Positions 1 to 10,053 of a DNA stretch of 64,000 bases are shown piece after piece. How positions within the stretch are numbered: the first letter of the stretch is position 1; every line of letters starts with the position of its first letter. The position numbers and the translations under genes were made by a program. This DNA comes from Amphiscolops sp. MND2022 (lineage: Eukaryota), in assembly GCA_964187785.1 (NCBI GenBank), contig OZ076409.1, positions 98,892,001 through 98,956,000 on the forward strand, written 5' to 3'. The notes under the pieces were generated by a model. That model worked only from the letters and a program-made list of their open reading frames with translations, was not told the DNA's origin and did no database searches.

Positions 1-2
1 TG

Positions 3-3000
3 CGCGTGTCCAAATGCGATTTCATGAAATCGGAGATCAAGTATTTGGGACGAGTGGTTTCCGCAGAAGGAGTGAAGCCCGACCCGAAAGCCGTCGTCAA
101 GTTGCGCGATTGGAAAATTCCCCGTAACAAGACGGAGATGCAGAGTTTCCTTGGATTCGCCAACTATTATCGCGAATTCATCCCTTGGCACGCTAAGCTG
201 GTTGCACCCCTGCACGCCGTCACTGGACTGAATGCCACCTTCGCCTGGGGTCCTGAGCAACAAACCGCATTCAATGAGATCAAAAAAGCCCTGATCGAGG
301 CAACTGCGCTCGCGCAGCCTGATTCCGAAGGAGAGTTTGTGTTGGACACCGACGCTAGTGCTGTCGCCATTTCGGGTATCCTGCACCAATGGCAAGGTCC
401 TCCGGGTGAACGACGCCTGAGACCGATAGTTTACGGTAGCAAGAAGCTCACTACCACGCAAGCTAAATACGGAGCTCCCAAACTTGAAATGTTCGCCGCC
501 TACTATTTCATAGTGAAAAACCACAGCTATTTATGTCCCCGGAAATTCACCCTGCGGGTGGACAACCAAGCCTTGTCCTGGTTGAAAACCTACTCCACGG
601 ATCAAGCGCTAATCGGCCGATGGATTATGACCCTGGAGAAGTATCACTTTCGCGTGGAACACCGCCCAAGAACTCAACATCGAAACGCCGATGGATTGAG
701 CAAGCGAACCAACGAGTATCGATGCCGAGAGAAACAGCTTGCACAGCAGCCAGCCGCGGGCGAACGCTGGAATTTCCTTTCAGCTGACGAATTTGATAAA
801 CTACCTGTTGCCCCATGGTTCGACCTTCAGGGTCGAGTCATCCCGAATCATCCCGAACTACCTGCGCACCTGCAGAACTTGGAGCCTAAGGCTCCCAACC
901 AATTGCTACGCGTGCTTCGCCGCACCAAACGAGCGAGCAGGAGGGACAGACGAGCAAAAGCATTCGCAGCCCCCTTGCCGCCTCCGCCTTCCCTTGCTCT
1001 GCAACCGCACGAGGATGCCTATCCAGACTACCCTGAGGACTGGATCGATGTCACTGATGAAGCACGCGAAGATTATCTATTGCCGACGCATGCCGTAAAT
1101 GTACCCTCACGTACCGTCTATGCCATTGCTGGGGCGAATCCTGTTGCGCTGCAAGGTACTCCCTCGGGTGTACGCGACTCAATTATGGCTCTTAAAGACA
1201 TCAGCACTGAACTTCATGAACATGCTCACACCGTGCATGGTATCAAAGATTTGATTCTAGCCCAAACCCGTGATGTTCATGTGCTAGCACTCAAAAAGTT
1301 GGTGCTAAACGAACCCATCGATCATGACGTGTTTCCCGAGAACGTGCGTGAGTTCGCACGCAACTACTACCGTCAGAAGAAAACTCTGCTGTTTATTAAC
1401 AAGAATGGTGTGCTTTGCGTACGATACCCTCCCAACCAACGTCCCCTGCACGAACGTCCGTGCATGATCGTCATGCCTCAACTGTACCAGCATGAGATTT
1501 TATTCCGCGCGCATGACGCCATGGGACATCAAGGTATCTCCAAAGTGGTGGCTCGGATTCAAGAACGTCACACATGGCCTGGTATTCGACGCAGCGTGGG
1601 CCGTTACGTTGGCCAATGCCTCACCTGTCAACAAGTTCGAGATAAGCCTGGTGACGTCCGATTCCACCTAAAGAACATCCAGAGCGGGTACTTCAACGAA
1701 TTGGTCCAATATGATCATCTGAAGATCTGCCCCTCAGACAGTAATAACACTGGCATCTTGGTCATAATTGACCATTTCTCCAAGTTCGCGGAAGCAGTGC
1801 CCTGTAGTCATCACGACTACGACGCTGTGACTACCTCTCGGTTGCTGCTGCAAAAGTGGTTCGCCCGTCATGGCACACCCACTAGAATGCAGTCTGACAA
1901 TGCTCCGAATTTGACTGCTGAGGTGTCCAACGAATTCCTAAAAGCAGCCCACGTTACCAAAGTAACCTCTACGGCTAGCCATCCGAGAACCCAAGGCTTG
2001 GTGGAGCGTCAAAATCGGACGCTGTTAACCCTACTGCGAGTTTTTTGCTCCCGCCGTATGCGCGACTGGGACCAATGTCTTGATGAGGTCAAGGGCGCCT
2101 ACAACTCTACGAGGCACGCCACCACTGGCTTCTCACCCTACATGCTGACCCGTGGTGTAGAGAAGGCCATCCCACTCACGTTCTTGTATCCCGAATTTGC
2201 AGCCAAATCATTCGAGTCGCATGAGGCGTATGTCGATCATGTATTGGCTCGCCAGCAGGAAATACATGACTTGGTACGGCGTAACACGCACCAAGCCCAA
2301 GTGCGTCAAAAGTTGAAGTACGACCGTGCTATACAAGCGCGAGCTTACCAAGTAGGCGAGCTCGTCTGGGTATTTTGCCGCTACGTACCGCAAAAGGGTT
2401 CCCCGAAATTGATGCGTGCTTGGCGAGGCCCGCACAAGGTTGTACAAGTCTTTCAGGACGGTCGTGTCTATGTGCTAGACACAGGTCAAAAGGTTCATTT
2501 TGAGCGTCTTAAACCGCACCACAGTGGCCCACTTGAACTTGCTACTGCACACACGGACAGTGGTGAGGTGGTGGTCCTTATGGACCCCGAACCTGAACGT
2601 TCCGTCGACGTAGTTGATGACGACAAGTCTCTATCGTCGTATAAACCCGAACAACTACTTTTAGAAGCGTCCGATGCATCTTTGCCCTCACGTCGACGTC
2701 ACTGGATGGACACTCGACTACGCACGAAACTTCGCGCAGGCGGCTCCCGCCCGCATTATCAGCAATTTGACTATTCCACCTCAGGTACAGACGACGAACT
2801 ATCCGATGCCATGTTGCCGATACCTCCAGTTGACGAGGATCTAGTGGAGCCTGCGGCTCCTGCGACTGCGTTGGATCAGTCGATATCCCCTGCCCGTGTA
2901 CTACCTCAACTGTTCTCTGACCATGAGCGCGTTCGCTCACCGTCTCCACAGATATCCTCCTCCGAAAAAGAAACATCGTTACCAGGAACCTCAGCATCCT

Positions 3001-4601
3001 TGTTGACGAATCCCTCGCTAACCAATTTTCTTAGCAACTATCCCATATGGCCGACCGCCCCTCCGATTCCTCTCAAATCTGCCAGCAGCGACAGCAACGT
3101 TCAGCCCGATCTGCCTGAAGTTCCCAAGACTTCGCCAGGAGCGGGGACCGCTCCTTCTTTTAAAAGGGGGAGGGGGAGACCACCCAAGGCACAGAAGAAA
3201 CGGCTGATCCGAGCGAAGGCAAGGACGAGGAAGAAAGAAACACCGAGAAATGCCGGAACCGAAACTGCGATCCAGGCCGAAACGGAAGCTCCCAGAACTG
3301 CAGAGACGCTAACAGAGGCATCTGCAACTGCTCTTAGGTATCAACTAAGGAGTAAACGGCAGCCGCGCTACAAGTGTGGAACCTGCGGGCTGCGAGATTG
3401 TGTCTGCCTGTTAGCTGTGAATGAGAACCGGAGGGTTCCCATTGGAGCCCGGGGAGTTCCTCCGGAAGAGAGAGAAAACTTGGTGTACCGCCTCACGGTG
3501 CGGGCCGAGAAAACCTACTCAGCTGTAGAGCGGTCCGGAGACCACCCTGTGGACACTATCCTGGAGAAGTTGTCACTGCCCGGGGTAGCGAAGGCCCCCT
3601 GTCCTAGGTTTAAGGAGTGGACTAGCGATGGAAAGGGCCTGGAGTTTACCCTGCCCACGGTGTTGCCCCCTGTGCCCAGTAATATTGCGTTTGGACCATT
3701 CAATTTTGAAAGGGAACCTGTGCAGATGGTCCGATGCATCACTGCCGACTTGTTATGCGACAAGTATGGAGTCCAGGTGGAACCAGGAGGGGTATACAGC
3801 CCGGCTCCTCACTGGTGGCTGCTGGTAACAGCTCCACGAGTGGAGGCGATGGTGGAACCGTTGAATCTGTTATCCTGTCTAGAGAGTCTGAGGACCCTCA
3901 CCACTGTGGACTTAATACTTTGCTTCCATATCATAGACTGGTACCGAGGCAAGATGAAGTTTGCGTGGTGGCTGGAATTAATTATCACATGTTTCGCCAC
4001 CTATCCCAGAATTCGACTATTAGACGAGTGGACTCACACCTTCGAGATCCCCTTGTTCCCCAAAGCCGCCCTGGGAACTTTAGATGCGTGGGTAAAGGCC
4101 GGCAGCGACAATCGAGCGATGTCCCGCTCAGTGTGGCAAGACCTGGCTGCAGTCCAAGGGCGTACGCCTCGCGTGTGTCTGCCCTCCGATAATGGTCCCG
4201 GACGAGAGATTGTTTACCCGGGAGCCCTGTATCCGAATTCAGCCGAACATGTCTCTTACGATGAATCTGATTTCTTGCAAGCCGAGGGCGACATAGTGTT
4301 AGCATGCCCTGCTGACCTAAAGACCAACTCTGCCGCCCTGCGATATGTGCTGCGGGAGTGCGGCATAGAAGATGTATTTGCCTTACGACCTAAAGTGGGC
4401 GAGATTCTCACTATCCCGCCTGATGTGAACCCCAACCCTAACCAAAGTATTCACCTGTTAATAGTCCGTGCTAACCAGCGCGCACCGCTGCTGACCGATG
4501 ACTACTTGCGTTGCATGACGTACTTGATACAGCGCCTGATAGATAAAGGATCCACACGGGTCCACTTACCCATTCTGGACCCCGAGAGACCGGCTTTCTA
4601 G
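3..4601 (+). CDS. pol: Gypsy Pol, N-terminally cut by window: RT C-terminus, RNase H, integrase, long C-terminal extension (AT-hook, Cys cluster, two macrodomain-like units)
   Basis: KYLGRVV/SFLGFANYYR (RT thumb), LDTDAS...LEM...RVDNQAL...ADGLS (RNase H), AHDAMGH...CLTC zinc finger, QYDHL/QSDNA/LVERQN catalytic D-D-E, WRGPHKV GPY/F-like module; frame is open from base 3. Confidence 0.95.
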   Translation, partial: RVSKCDFMKSEIKYLGRVVSAEGVKPDPKAVVKLRDWKIPRNKTEMQSFLGFANYYREFIPWHAKLVAPLHAVTGLNATFAWGPEQQTAFNEIKKALIEATALAQPDSEGEFVLDTDASAVAISGILHQWQGPPGERRLRPIVYGSKKLTTTQAKYGAPKLEMFAAYYFIVKNHSYLCPRKFTLRVDNQALSWLKTYSTDQALIGRWIMTLEKYHFRVEHRPRTQHRNADGLSKRTNEYRCREKQLAQQPAAGERWNFLSADEFDKLPVAPWFDLQGRVIPNHPELPAHLQNLEPKAPNQLLRVLRRTKRASRRDRRAKAFAAPLPPPPSLALQPHEDAYPDYPEDWIDVTDEAREDYLLPTHAVNVPSRTVYAIAGANPVALQGTPSGVRDSIMALKDISTELHEHAHTVHGIKDLILAQTRDVHVLALKKLVLNEPIDHDVFPENVREFARNYYRQKKTLLFINKNGVLCVRYPPNQRPLHERPCMIVMPQLYQHEILFRAHDAMGHQGISKVVARIQERHTWPGIRRSVGRYVGQCLTCQQVRDKPGDVRFHLKNIQSGYFNELVQYDHLKICPSDSNNTGILVIIDHFSKFAEAVPCSHHDYDAVTTSRLLLQKWFARHGTPTRMQSDNAPNLTAEVSNEFLKAAHVTKVTSTASHPRTQGLVERQNRTLLTLLRVFCSRRMRDWDQCLDEVKGAYNSTRHATTGFSPYMLTRGVEKAIPLTFLYPEFAAKSFESHEAYVDHVLARQQEIHDLVRRNTHQAQVRQKLKYDRAIQARAYQVGELVWVFCRYVPQKGSPKLMRAWRGPHKVVQVFQDGRVYVLDTGQKVHFERLKPHHSGPLELATAHTDSGEVVVLMDPEPERSVDVVDDDKSLSSYKPEQLLLEASDASLPSRRRHWMDTRLRTKLRAGGSRPHYQQFDYSTSGTDDELSDAMLPIPPVDEDLVEPAAPATALDQSISPARVLPQLFSDHERVRSPSPQISSSEKETSLPGTSASLLTNPSLTNFLSNYPIWPTAPPIPLKSASSDSNVQPDLPEVPKTSPGAGTAPSFKRGRGRPPKAQKKRLIRAKARTRKKETPRNAGTETAIQAETEAPRTAETLTEASATALRYQLRSKRQPRYKCGTCGLRDCVCLLAVNENRRVPIGARGVPPEERENLVYRLTVRAEKTYSAVERSGDHPVDTILEKLSLPGVAKAPCPRFKEWTSDGKGLEFTLPTVLPPVPSNIAFGPFNFEREPVQMVRCITADLLCDKYGVQVEPGGVYSPAPHWWLLVTAPRVEAMVEPLNLLSCLESLRTLTTVDLILCFHIIDWYRGKMKFAWWLELIITCFATYPRIRLLDEWTHTFEIPLFPKAALGTLDAWVKAGSDNRAMSRSVWQDLAAVQGRTPRVCLPSDNGPGREIVYPGALYPNSAEHVSYDESDFLQAEGDIVLACPADLKTNSAALRYVLRECGIEDVFALRPKVGEILTIPPDVNPNPNQSIHLLIVRANQRAPLLTDDYLRCMTYLIQRLIDKGSTRVHLPILDPERPAF

Positions 4602-4709
4602 TTGGTCAATCTGTACCATACTCTAACGAACATGTTCGAGGGTACTGGTATTCGCGTGGTTTTGCATAGCCGCGTATATGTATCAATATTAACTATAGGG
4701 CTGGAGTAG
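4602..4709 (+). pseudogene. In-frame continuation of pol beyond a probable premature TAG (LVNLYHTLTNMFEGTGIRVVLHSRVYVSILTIGLE*)
   Basis: 35 codons open after TAG 4599-4601; peptide resembles the last helix and strand of a TARG1-type macrodomain. Confidence 0.6.
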
Positions 4710-5004
4710 CCTTATCCTTTTAGTTGTCCCCATTTTTCCTTTGCCCTCAGTCTTTGTAGCAATTCTTGTAACAACCTTGGAAGAGTCTTGAAATGCTCTC
4801 GAGATGTTAATTTGTCATGTTGTTCACTCAAAGGTTTTGTTCTAGTTCGTTAGTTAGTTAGAGTTAAATTTTAAGTTTGTAGTGGCCCCCTTACGGAGCC
4901 GATGTTGCATTGCTGCAATTGAAGGACGAACCGGCCCACGGCTCGCTCCAGAGAGAACTTGCCCCTGTAAGTCTAACAGTGGTCCTTTTTAGACCTATGC
5001 ATTA

Positions 5005-8000
5005 ATGGCCCATTGCCCAAACAATTCAGCGCCTGCAACAGGGTCTAATAGTGCAAGGCCCCAGGAATCTGCGCGTGCGCAGAGGGTCAATCAGGCCCTA
5101 TATGTCGAAGAGAGGCTGCGGGACGGTCTTTCGCCAGTAGCCGTAGCTGGGGTGGCTGCCTTACTGACCCAGCTTGAATCGATGCAAATGCTGCCAAATG
5201 CATCCTTGTCAATCACTACGGAGGTGGCAGGCTATCGTCGCACCTTGACGTGCACCAACAATGCCTGGGATGGGCACGACCTGACTCACCAGTTCTTGGA
5301 CGAAAGATCAATCGCAGTGCATGGCCCTAGCCAGGGCACCAGATTCGAACAAGAAGCATCACTGCGTATGATGCCCGTCAACGTCCCATCGCTGCCTTCA
5401 ATTTCGGCACCAAATCCAGTGCAGATGACGCCGCATTCTAGCTCGATTGCTTATGGGGCACCATATGGAACCCAGGCAACGACGACGCAAAACACTACCA
5501 ATCAACCAGCCTCAAGTCGGGAGCCCTCGGGGTCCCAACTGCCATCAGTGCCTAATCTAAATCTTATCGGACGGAGTGCCAGCGAGCAAGCGGTGATTGT
5601 GGCCCTGCAGGCGGTCGCCAACTACCCCAACTCCTCTGACTTCGTTCGTGCAGTTGAGCAAAGGATTCCCGGATTGGCACACTACTTGCAAGCCGCAGCT
5701 CAGCCCTCGGGCTGTGTCACCCCACCCACCACCCTAGCTGAAGCTGTGTCTATGGAAGCAGAAACCACGGCTGGACCAAGCACCGGCGCCATAACCTATC
5801 CCCGTGAGGAAACTGGACGGAAGCGACTTACTGAGGAAAACATCGTCGCTACACGCCATAATTCCGTGACCGACAGTCCGACCAGTCGTCCCCCTCCGGA
5901 CAAGCGAGCAGATGTACCCCAGCAATCGCAAATGAAGAGTGTAGTGGTCGTGAGGCCTCCATATCGCGTCGGCCACCTGGGCGTAGGCGCGCCTCAAATG
6001 TCCCTGGAAGAGGCCATTAACCGCTACGGCAGTGTGGATGCGAATCCTGAAACGAATCCTGTGCCCTTGGGCACAGGCTCTGCCAACATGTCCCTGGAGG
6101 TGCCCGAGACAGTCGAAGAGACCAGTCCTCCCGCCTTTCTTCCCCCGTCAGATGATGTATCCGGCTCCGTGGTAACTAGCGATAGCAAACGCATCTGGAT
6201 GGCAGCAGAGTGTTTGCACCCGAACACATGTGCGATTAGAAGGAGAGCACCGCCGTCGGACGCCGAGCAAAGAGAGGTGAGCAGAATCACCATTGCGGCT
6301 CAAATAACTCGATCGCTACGTGCCCGTGATGCGGACCTAAGTGAGCAAGCCTGGGAACAGCGTGCTCGAGAGCAACTGCCCGCCACACCCAACAACTACA
6401 TGGCTCGCCTGCAGCACGACCTCACCGAGCAATTTCCCGCCAGGTACATATTGCGCGAAGGAGAAACCTGGGAAGCAAACGCCCGCTACGCTCGCAATAT
6501 CAGGTCGATGAAGCCCCTCCTGAAAGCAGCTCTGCAGCGTGCGCGCTATTGTGTAGCGGTAGATTCGACATTCAAGAGTGATCTGCCCATCGATAACCTT
6601 CTGCCCGATGTGCTGGTGTTAACAATGCCACTCTCACGCTTCGCCGAGGTCGCAGAGATGGTCGCGGTTATGTACGACTCAAATCTGAGAGGGTCCCTAA
6701 GAGAGCCGCCACCGCGACGTGTAGTCTTCACCAACTTGATCGACCACATGGCTTGTGAAGGACTGCTACACAACCTGGATGCCCTCATGGCAGATACCCG
6801 TAGACCTGGGAATGTGGCGACCTTAGTAAACGTAGTTGCGGACGCAATGGAGCGTGCAGCAGGGATCCTTCGGGGTCGTCTGGGAGCGCTCGCGCCCTTC
6901 ACATCCCCGCCGGGATTCATGTATTGGCAACGAAGCTTGCAGCAGTTTGTGTACATCTTGTCTGAGGTATGCAAGGTGCGCCGAATCGAGTTTGCTATAT
7001 GTGCGCCAAATCTTCGGTTTGATCGCGGAGACCTACGCCCCGATGCATTGTCATACCCTGCCTTCTTTGCTGCTGTATCAAGAGTGCTAATCGCTGTGGA
7101 ACGATCGGGAAATGCACAACTGACTATCGACGACGCCATACTGTTCGATCATGGAATGTGTATGGGGCGAATGGCCTTCGACTTGGACGGGAATCGCGTC
7201 ATGCGAGCATCTAACATGAGTGAGCGAGAGGCCGTTCGACGATACAACTGGTTGGTGCGGAAAGACAAAGAAATTCCCGTACGAGCAGAGCTTGCAGAGC
7301 TCGTGAAGGAAATTGAAACATGGCCTGCCACACGCACGGTCGAAAAGACCGTTCCCCAAATTCGGTTTGCCGCGGGAATAGAGCCTGTCAAGTTGCCCGT
7401 GGGCATGAGGTACGTCGTGGCTGTGGAGGCGACCAACTTGAAGACTGAAGTAGATGCCGCCGGAATAACGTATGCCGAATGGTATCAGTCCAGATTCGTG
7501 GACAGGACCTTGGCCGAGGTAGCTCAAGAGCTTAACTGTCCCTTGGAAGCCTTTTGTACCAGTCTCGGACTAGGCTGGAACATTGACGTAATAGCCTCTG
7601 AGTACTTGCTCACCAATGTGCAGACTGACAAATTGTTGGAAACCATCGGCGAAACTACTGTAGGAGAGATGTTAGCGCTCGCGCTAACCATGGGCCCGAC
7701 GAAGTTTGTGGCAGGTCCCCTGGCTATGTTAGTCGAGCTGGTAGTATCCAGTGATCTAGTCACCTTTTACAGCTACCTGATCCTCGCGCAGGGACAGCTA
7801 CGCAGCCTAACTCGATGGGGTCACCTCCTAAATTCCAAGGACCAACAAGATTATGTCACCCAGCTGGAATGCATGCGTGCGTCCCTCCAACATTGGTTGT
7901 ATTCCACCCTAGTGTTCGCCTCTGGCTTGTTCGTAGGCGTGGATCAGTCGCAACCCCTCCACAATTCCGAGCGTCAACTCCCTGCGGAAACGGCGGGATT

Positions 8001-9285
8001 CCCTATGCCCCAGCAAATCGCCGATTTGACTCTGGCCGAAGTGGAGGACTTCGTGGCCGTTATGGCTTCCGTCCTGGCCCCAATCTTCGGTGCGGTCGGT
8101 GTGTGCCGGTATCCCACCAAACCACTGGCGAGAGCAGTGCAGGTGCACATGGTCTCCTTCTGCACCTATCTCCAAGGACGCCCCCCACTGACCTATCAGC
8201 GCATCGTACAGGCCGTATTGAGTGGCGAGATGCCGCATGGGTATACCACCTTGAAGTCGGAGAAACAACTGGAAGAGAACTTGATGGGTCTGTTGCGTGC
8301 CCGCACACGAAAGGCGTGCCCTTTGCCACGAGAATACGGCCCAGTCAACTGGTACTCCGCGCCTCTCAGCCTGAATGGAGTCCCCTTTAAATTCCCTTGG
8401 TCGCAGGAGTTTATACGCAAGGTGATCCGTGCCAGCACTAGTGCTGGTCCACCAATAGATCCCCTGTACGCCTTCAAATGCATCACCTTCCCAAATCACT
8501 ACTGGAAGGAGCCACTGGGATGGCCCAGAGCAAAACCCGTTGGTCGCGCCCCTGAAGCCTTCAATCGACAAATCCAGTATATGGAATTGGCTCAGATCCC
8601 AAACTGGATTGAAGGAGCAGCTCAGACTCGTCAGAGGAACCTGCAAAGCCGCGTGACTCCGTTCCCTAGAAGAGCTGCCTGGAGACCGCAGGCCAAGATG
8701 ACGATGTCAGGGGATATGTCCATCGTCCAGCACGATGAGATCAATTCCGTGCTAGGCCCCGAAGCCCGCGCAGAGTGGGAAGGACATTGCTTGGAGCTGG
8801 AGATTGCCAGCTTCCCAAAATGGAAGCGAGCTTGCGAGCTCTGGAGTCAGCCTGGCTGGGTCTCCAAACGAATATCCTTGGCCGTGGAGAGTAGAGCTGA
8901 ACTCGAGAGACAACAGGCGTTCGCGCCTGCCATGCTGGCACCCACAATGGCCATGTCACTAAGTCAGCCCATCGACCGGCCCGTGACTCTGGATTTGCCT
9001 ACTCATATTCTGCAGCCAGAGCCTGTGAGTCCACCATCGACACAGGCCAGTCCTCAGTCATCGCAACCCCAAACCGGAGAACACGCCGCTGAACTGACCC
9101 CCAACACTATCCTGGTGCAGCCGATCGCCGATTTAACGCTCCCAGAAGACCTATCAGACTCGGAAACAGTAGTTACTGTGGTTCCTGCTCAACGTAGAGC
9201 GTCAGTTGCGTCGGAAGATGCCAGCAATCCAGGAACTCCCGATGATGCCATAAAGAATCGAGCTCGACGCAGCTCAGCCCAATAA
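5005..9285 (+). CDS. 1426-aa accessory ORF between pol and 3' LTR; low-complexity ends, central SGNH/GDSL-like domain; function unknown
   Basis: Uninterrupted 4.3-kb ATG-initiated ORF with composition like pol; YCVAVDS...MPLSR...PRRVVFTN...DLRPDALSY spacing resembles SGNH blocks. Confidence 0.85.
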   Translation: MAHCPNNSAPATGSNSARPQESARAQRVNQALYVEERLRDGLSPVAVAGVAALLTQLESMQMLPNASLSITTEVAGYRRTLTCTNNAWDGHDLTHQFLDERSIAVHGPSQGTRFEQEASLRMMPVNVPSLPSISAPNPVQMTPHSSSIAYGAPYGTQATTTQNTTNQPASSREPSGSQLPSVPNLNLIGRSASEQAVIVALQAVANYPNSSDFVRAVEQRIPGLAHYLQAAAQPSGCVTPPTTLAEAVSMEAETTAGPSTGAITYPREETGRKRLTEENIVATRHNSVTDSPTSRPPPDKRADVPQQSQMKSVVVVRPPYRVGHLGVGAPQMSLEEAINRYGSVDANPETNPVPLGTGSANMSLEVPETVEETSPPAFLPPSDDVSGSVVTSDSKRIWMAAECLHPNTCAIRRRAPPSDAEQREVSRITIAAQITRSLRARDADLSEQAWEQRAREQLPATPNNYMARLQHDLTEQFPARYILREGETWEANARYARNIRSMKPLLKAALQRARYCVAVDSTFKSDLPIDNLLPDVLVLTMPLSRFAEVAEMVAVMYDSNLRGSLREPPPRRVVFTNLIDHMACEGLLHNLDALMADTRRPGNVATLVNVVADAMERAAGILRGRLGALAPFTSPPGFMYWQRSLQQFVYILSEVCKVRRIEFAICAPNLRFDRGDLRPDALSYPAFFAAVSRVLIAVERSGNAQLTIDDAILFDHGMCMGRMAFDLDGNRVMRASNMSEREAVRRYNWLVRKDKEIPVRAELAELVKEIETWPATRTVEKTVPQIRFAAGIEPVKLPVGMRYVVAVEATNLKTEVDAAGITYAEWYQSRFVDRTLAEVAQELNCPLEAFCTSLGLGWNIDVIASEYLLTNVQTDKLLETIGETTVGEMLALALTMGPTKFVAGPLAMLVELVVSSDLVTFYSYLILAQGQLRSLTRWGHLLNSKDQQDYVTQLECMRASLQHWLYSTLVFASGLFVGVDQSQPLHNSERQLPAETAGFPMPQQIADLTLAEVEDFVAVMASVLAPIFGAVGVCRYPTKPLARAVQVHMVSFCTYLQGRPPLTYQRIVQAVLSGEMPHGYTTLKSEKQLEENLMGLLRARTRKACPLPREYGPVNWYSAPLSLNGVPFKFPWSQEFIRKVIRASTSAGPPIDPLYAFKCITFPNHYWKEPLGWPRAKPVGRAPEAFNRQIQYMELAQIPNWIEGAAQTRQRNLQSRVTPFPRRAAWRPQAKMTMSGDMSIVQHDEINSVLGPEARAEWEGHCLELEIASFPKWKRACELWSQPGWVSKRISLAVESRAELERQQAFAPAMLAPTMAMSLSQPIDRPVTLDLPTHILQPEPVSPPSTQASPQSSQPQTGEHAAELTPNTILVQPIADLTLPEDLSDSETVVTVVPAQRRASVASEDASNPGTPDDAIKNRARRSSAQ

Positions 9286-10037
9286 ACCCTGCCGCCAATG
9301 GGAGCGTTCGCGCTCCCTATAGACTCTAAACTCTGCCGAAACTGTGCCTTCAAACTTATCGCTTTAACCGGTGCTACCCGTACATGGTGCAATTTTTTGT
9401 TCATAGTTATTACTTAGTTACTGTACTGTTAGTAATGCGCTGGGTGTACGGCCAATAGAGTGCGCCTGCCCCAGCTGCTTCGCCTACAAAAGTAAAAAAG
9501 AATTACCAAAGAAAAACTGTTATTTCTGTTGCGCACCGTTCGCGGTGTTTTTGAGTTGCCATAGTCAAGAAAAAGTCTTAGCCTTTTAGTTACGATTTTT
9601 GCCGTTTTTCCTTGTGTTTTGGTGTTCAAGCTTCTTCTATCGACTGTCTAAGGAGTAGCCGAAGCGGCGCCCTCCCAAAAGAAGTTTTACGTTGTCCGAA
9701 ATTGACCGAAAACTGTAAATGTCTAGTTGCATAAAAAAGGAGATTTTAGCTGACCTTGGTCGCAAAAGAGTTTTTAGCGAAAACTGCTTGCCCAAACGAG
9801 TTTTAACCGACTGAAAACCTTAGCTCTCGAGCTGGTGCTAAAACCTCGTTTGCATTTTTGTAAAAAATACTAGGCAGTAAAATTTTCCTTGAAAAAAACC
9901 GCGAAATTTGCCAAAAATAGTTGCTGAAAAACGAGGACTCGTCCTTGTCCCCTGTGGTGTGGATGATGGTTCCCAGCAGTCACTGCGATGCCTTTTCCAG
10001 ACGAGGCCAGATGCCGCTTGCCAGGGACGACAAGCCA

Positions 10038-10053
10038 GAAGCCCGGGGAGTGA
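10038..10053 (+). promoter_or_regulatory. Polypurine tract of element A
   Basis: GAAGCCCGGGGAGTGA directly before the LTR start TGTAACG; same CCCGGGG(G)GAG core precedes the 3' LTR copies of element B. Confidence 0.7.

Noticed and set aside
167..8959. Many short overlapping or antisense ORFs inside element A
   Set aside because: Shadows of two long GC-rich coding frames; no motifs
5005..9285. Extra ORF as an env gene
   Set aside because: No signal peptide, no clear furin site plus fusion peptide, no C-terminal membrane anchor; only moderately hydrophobic internal helices
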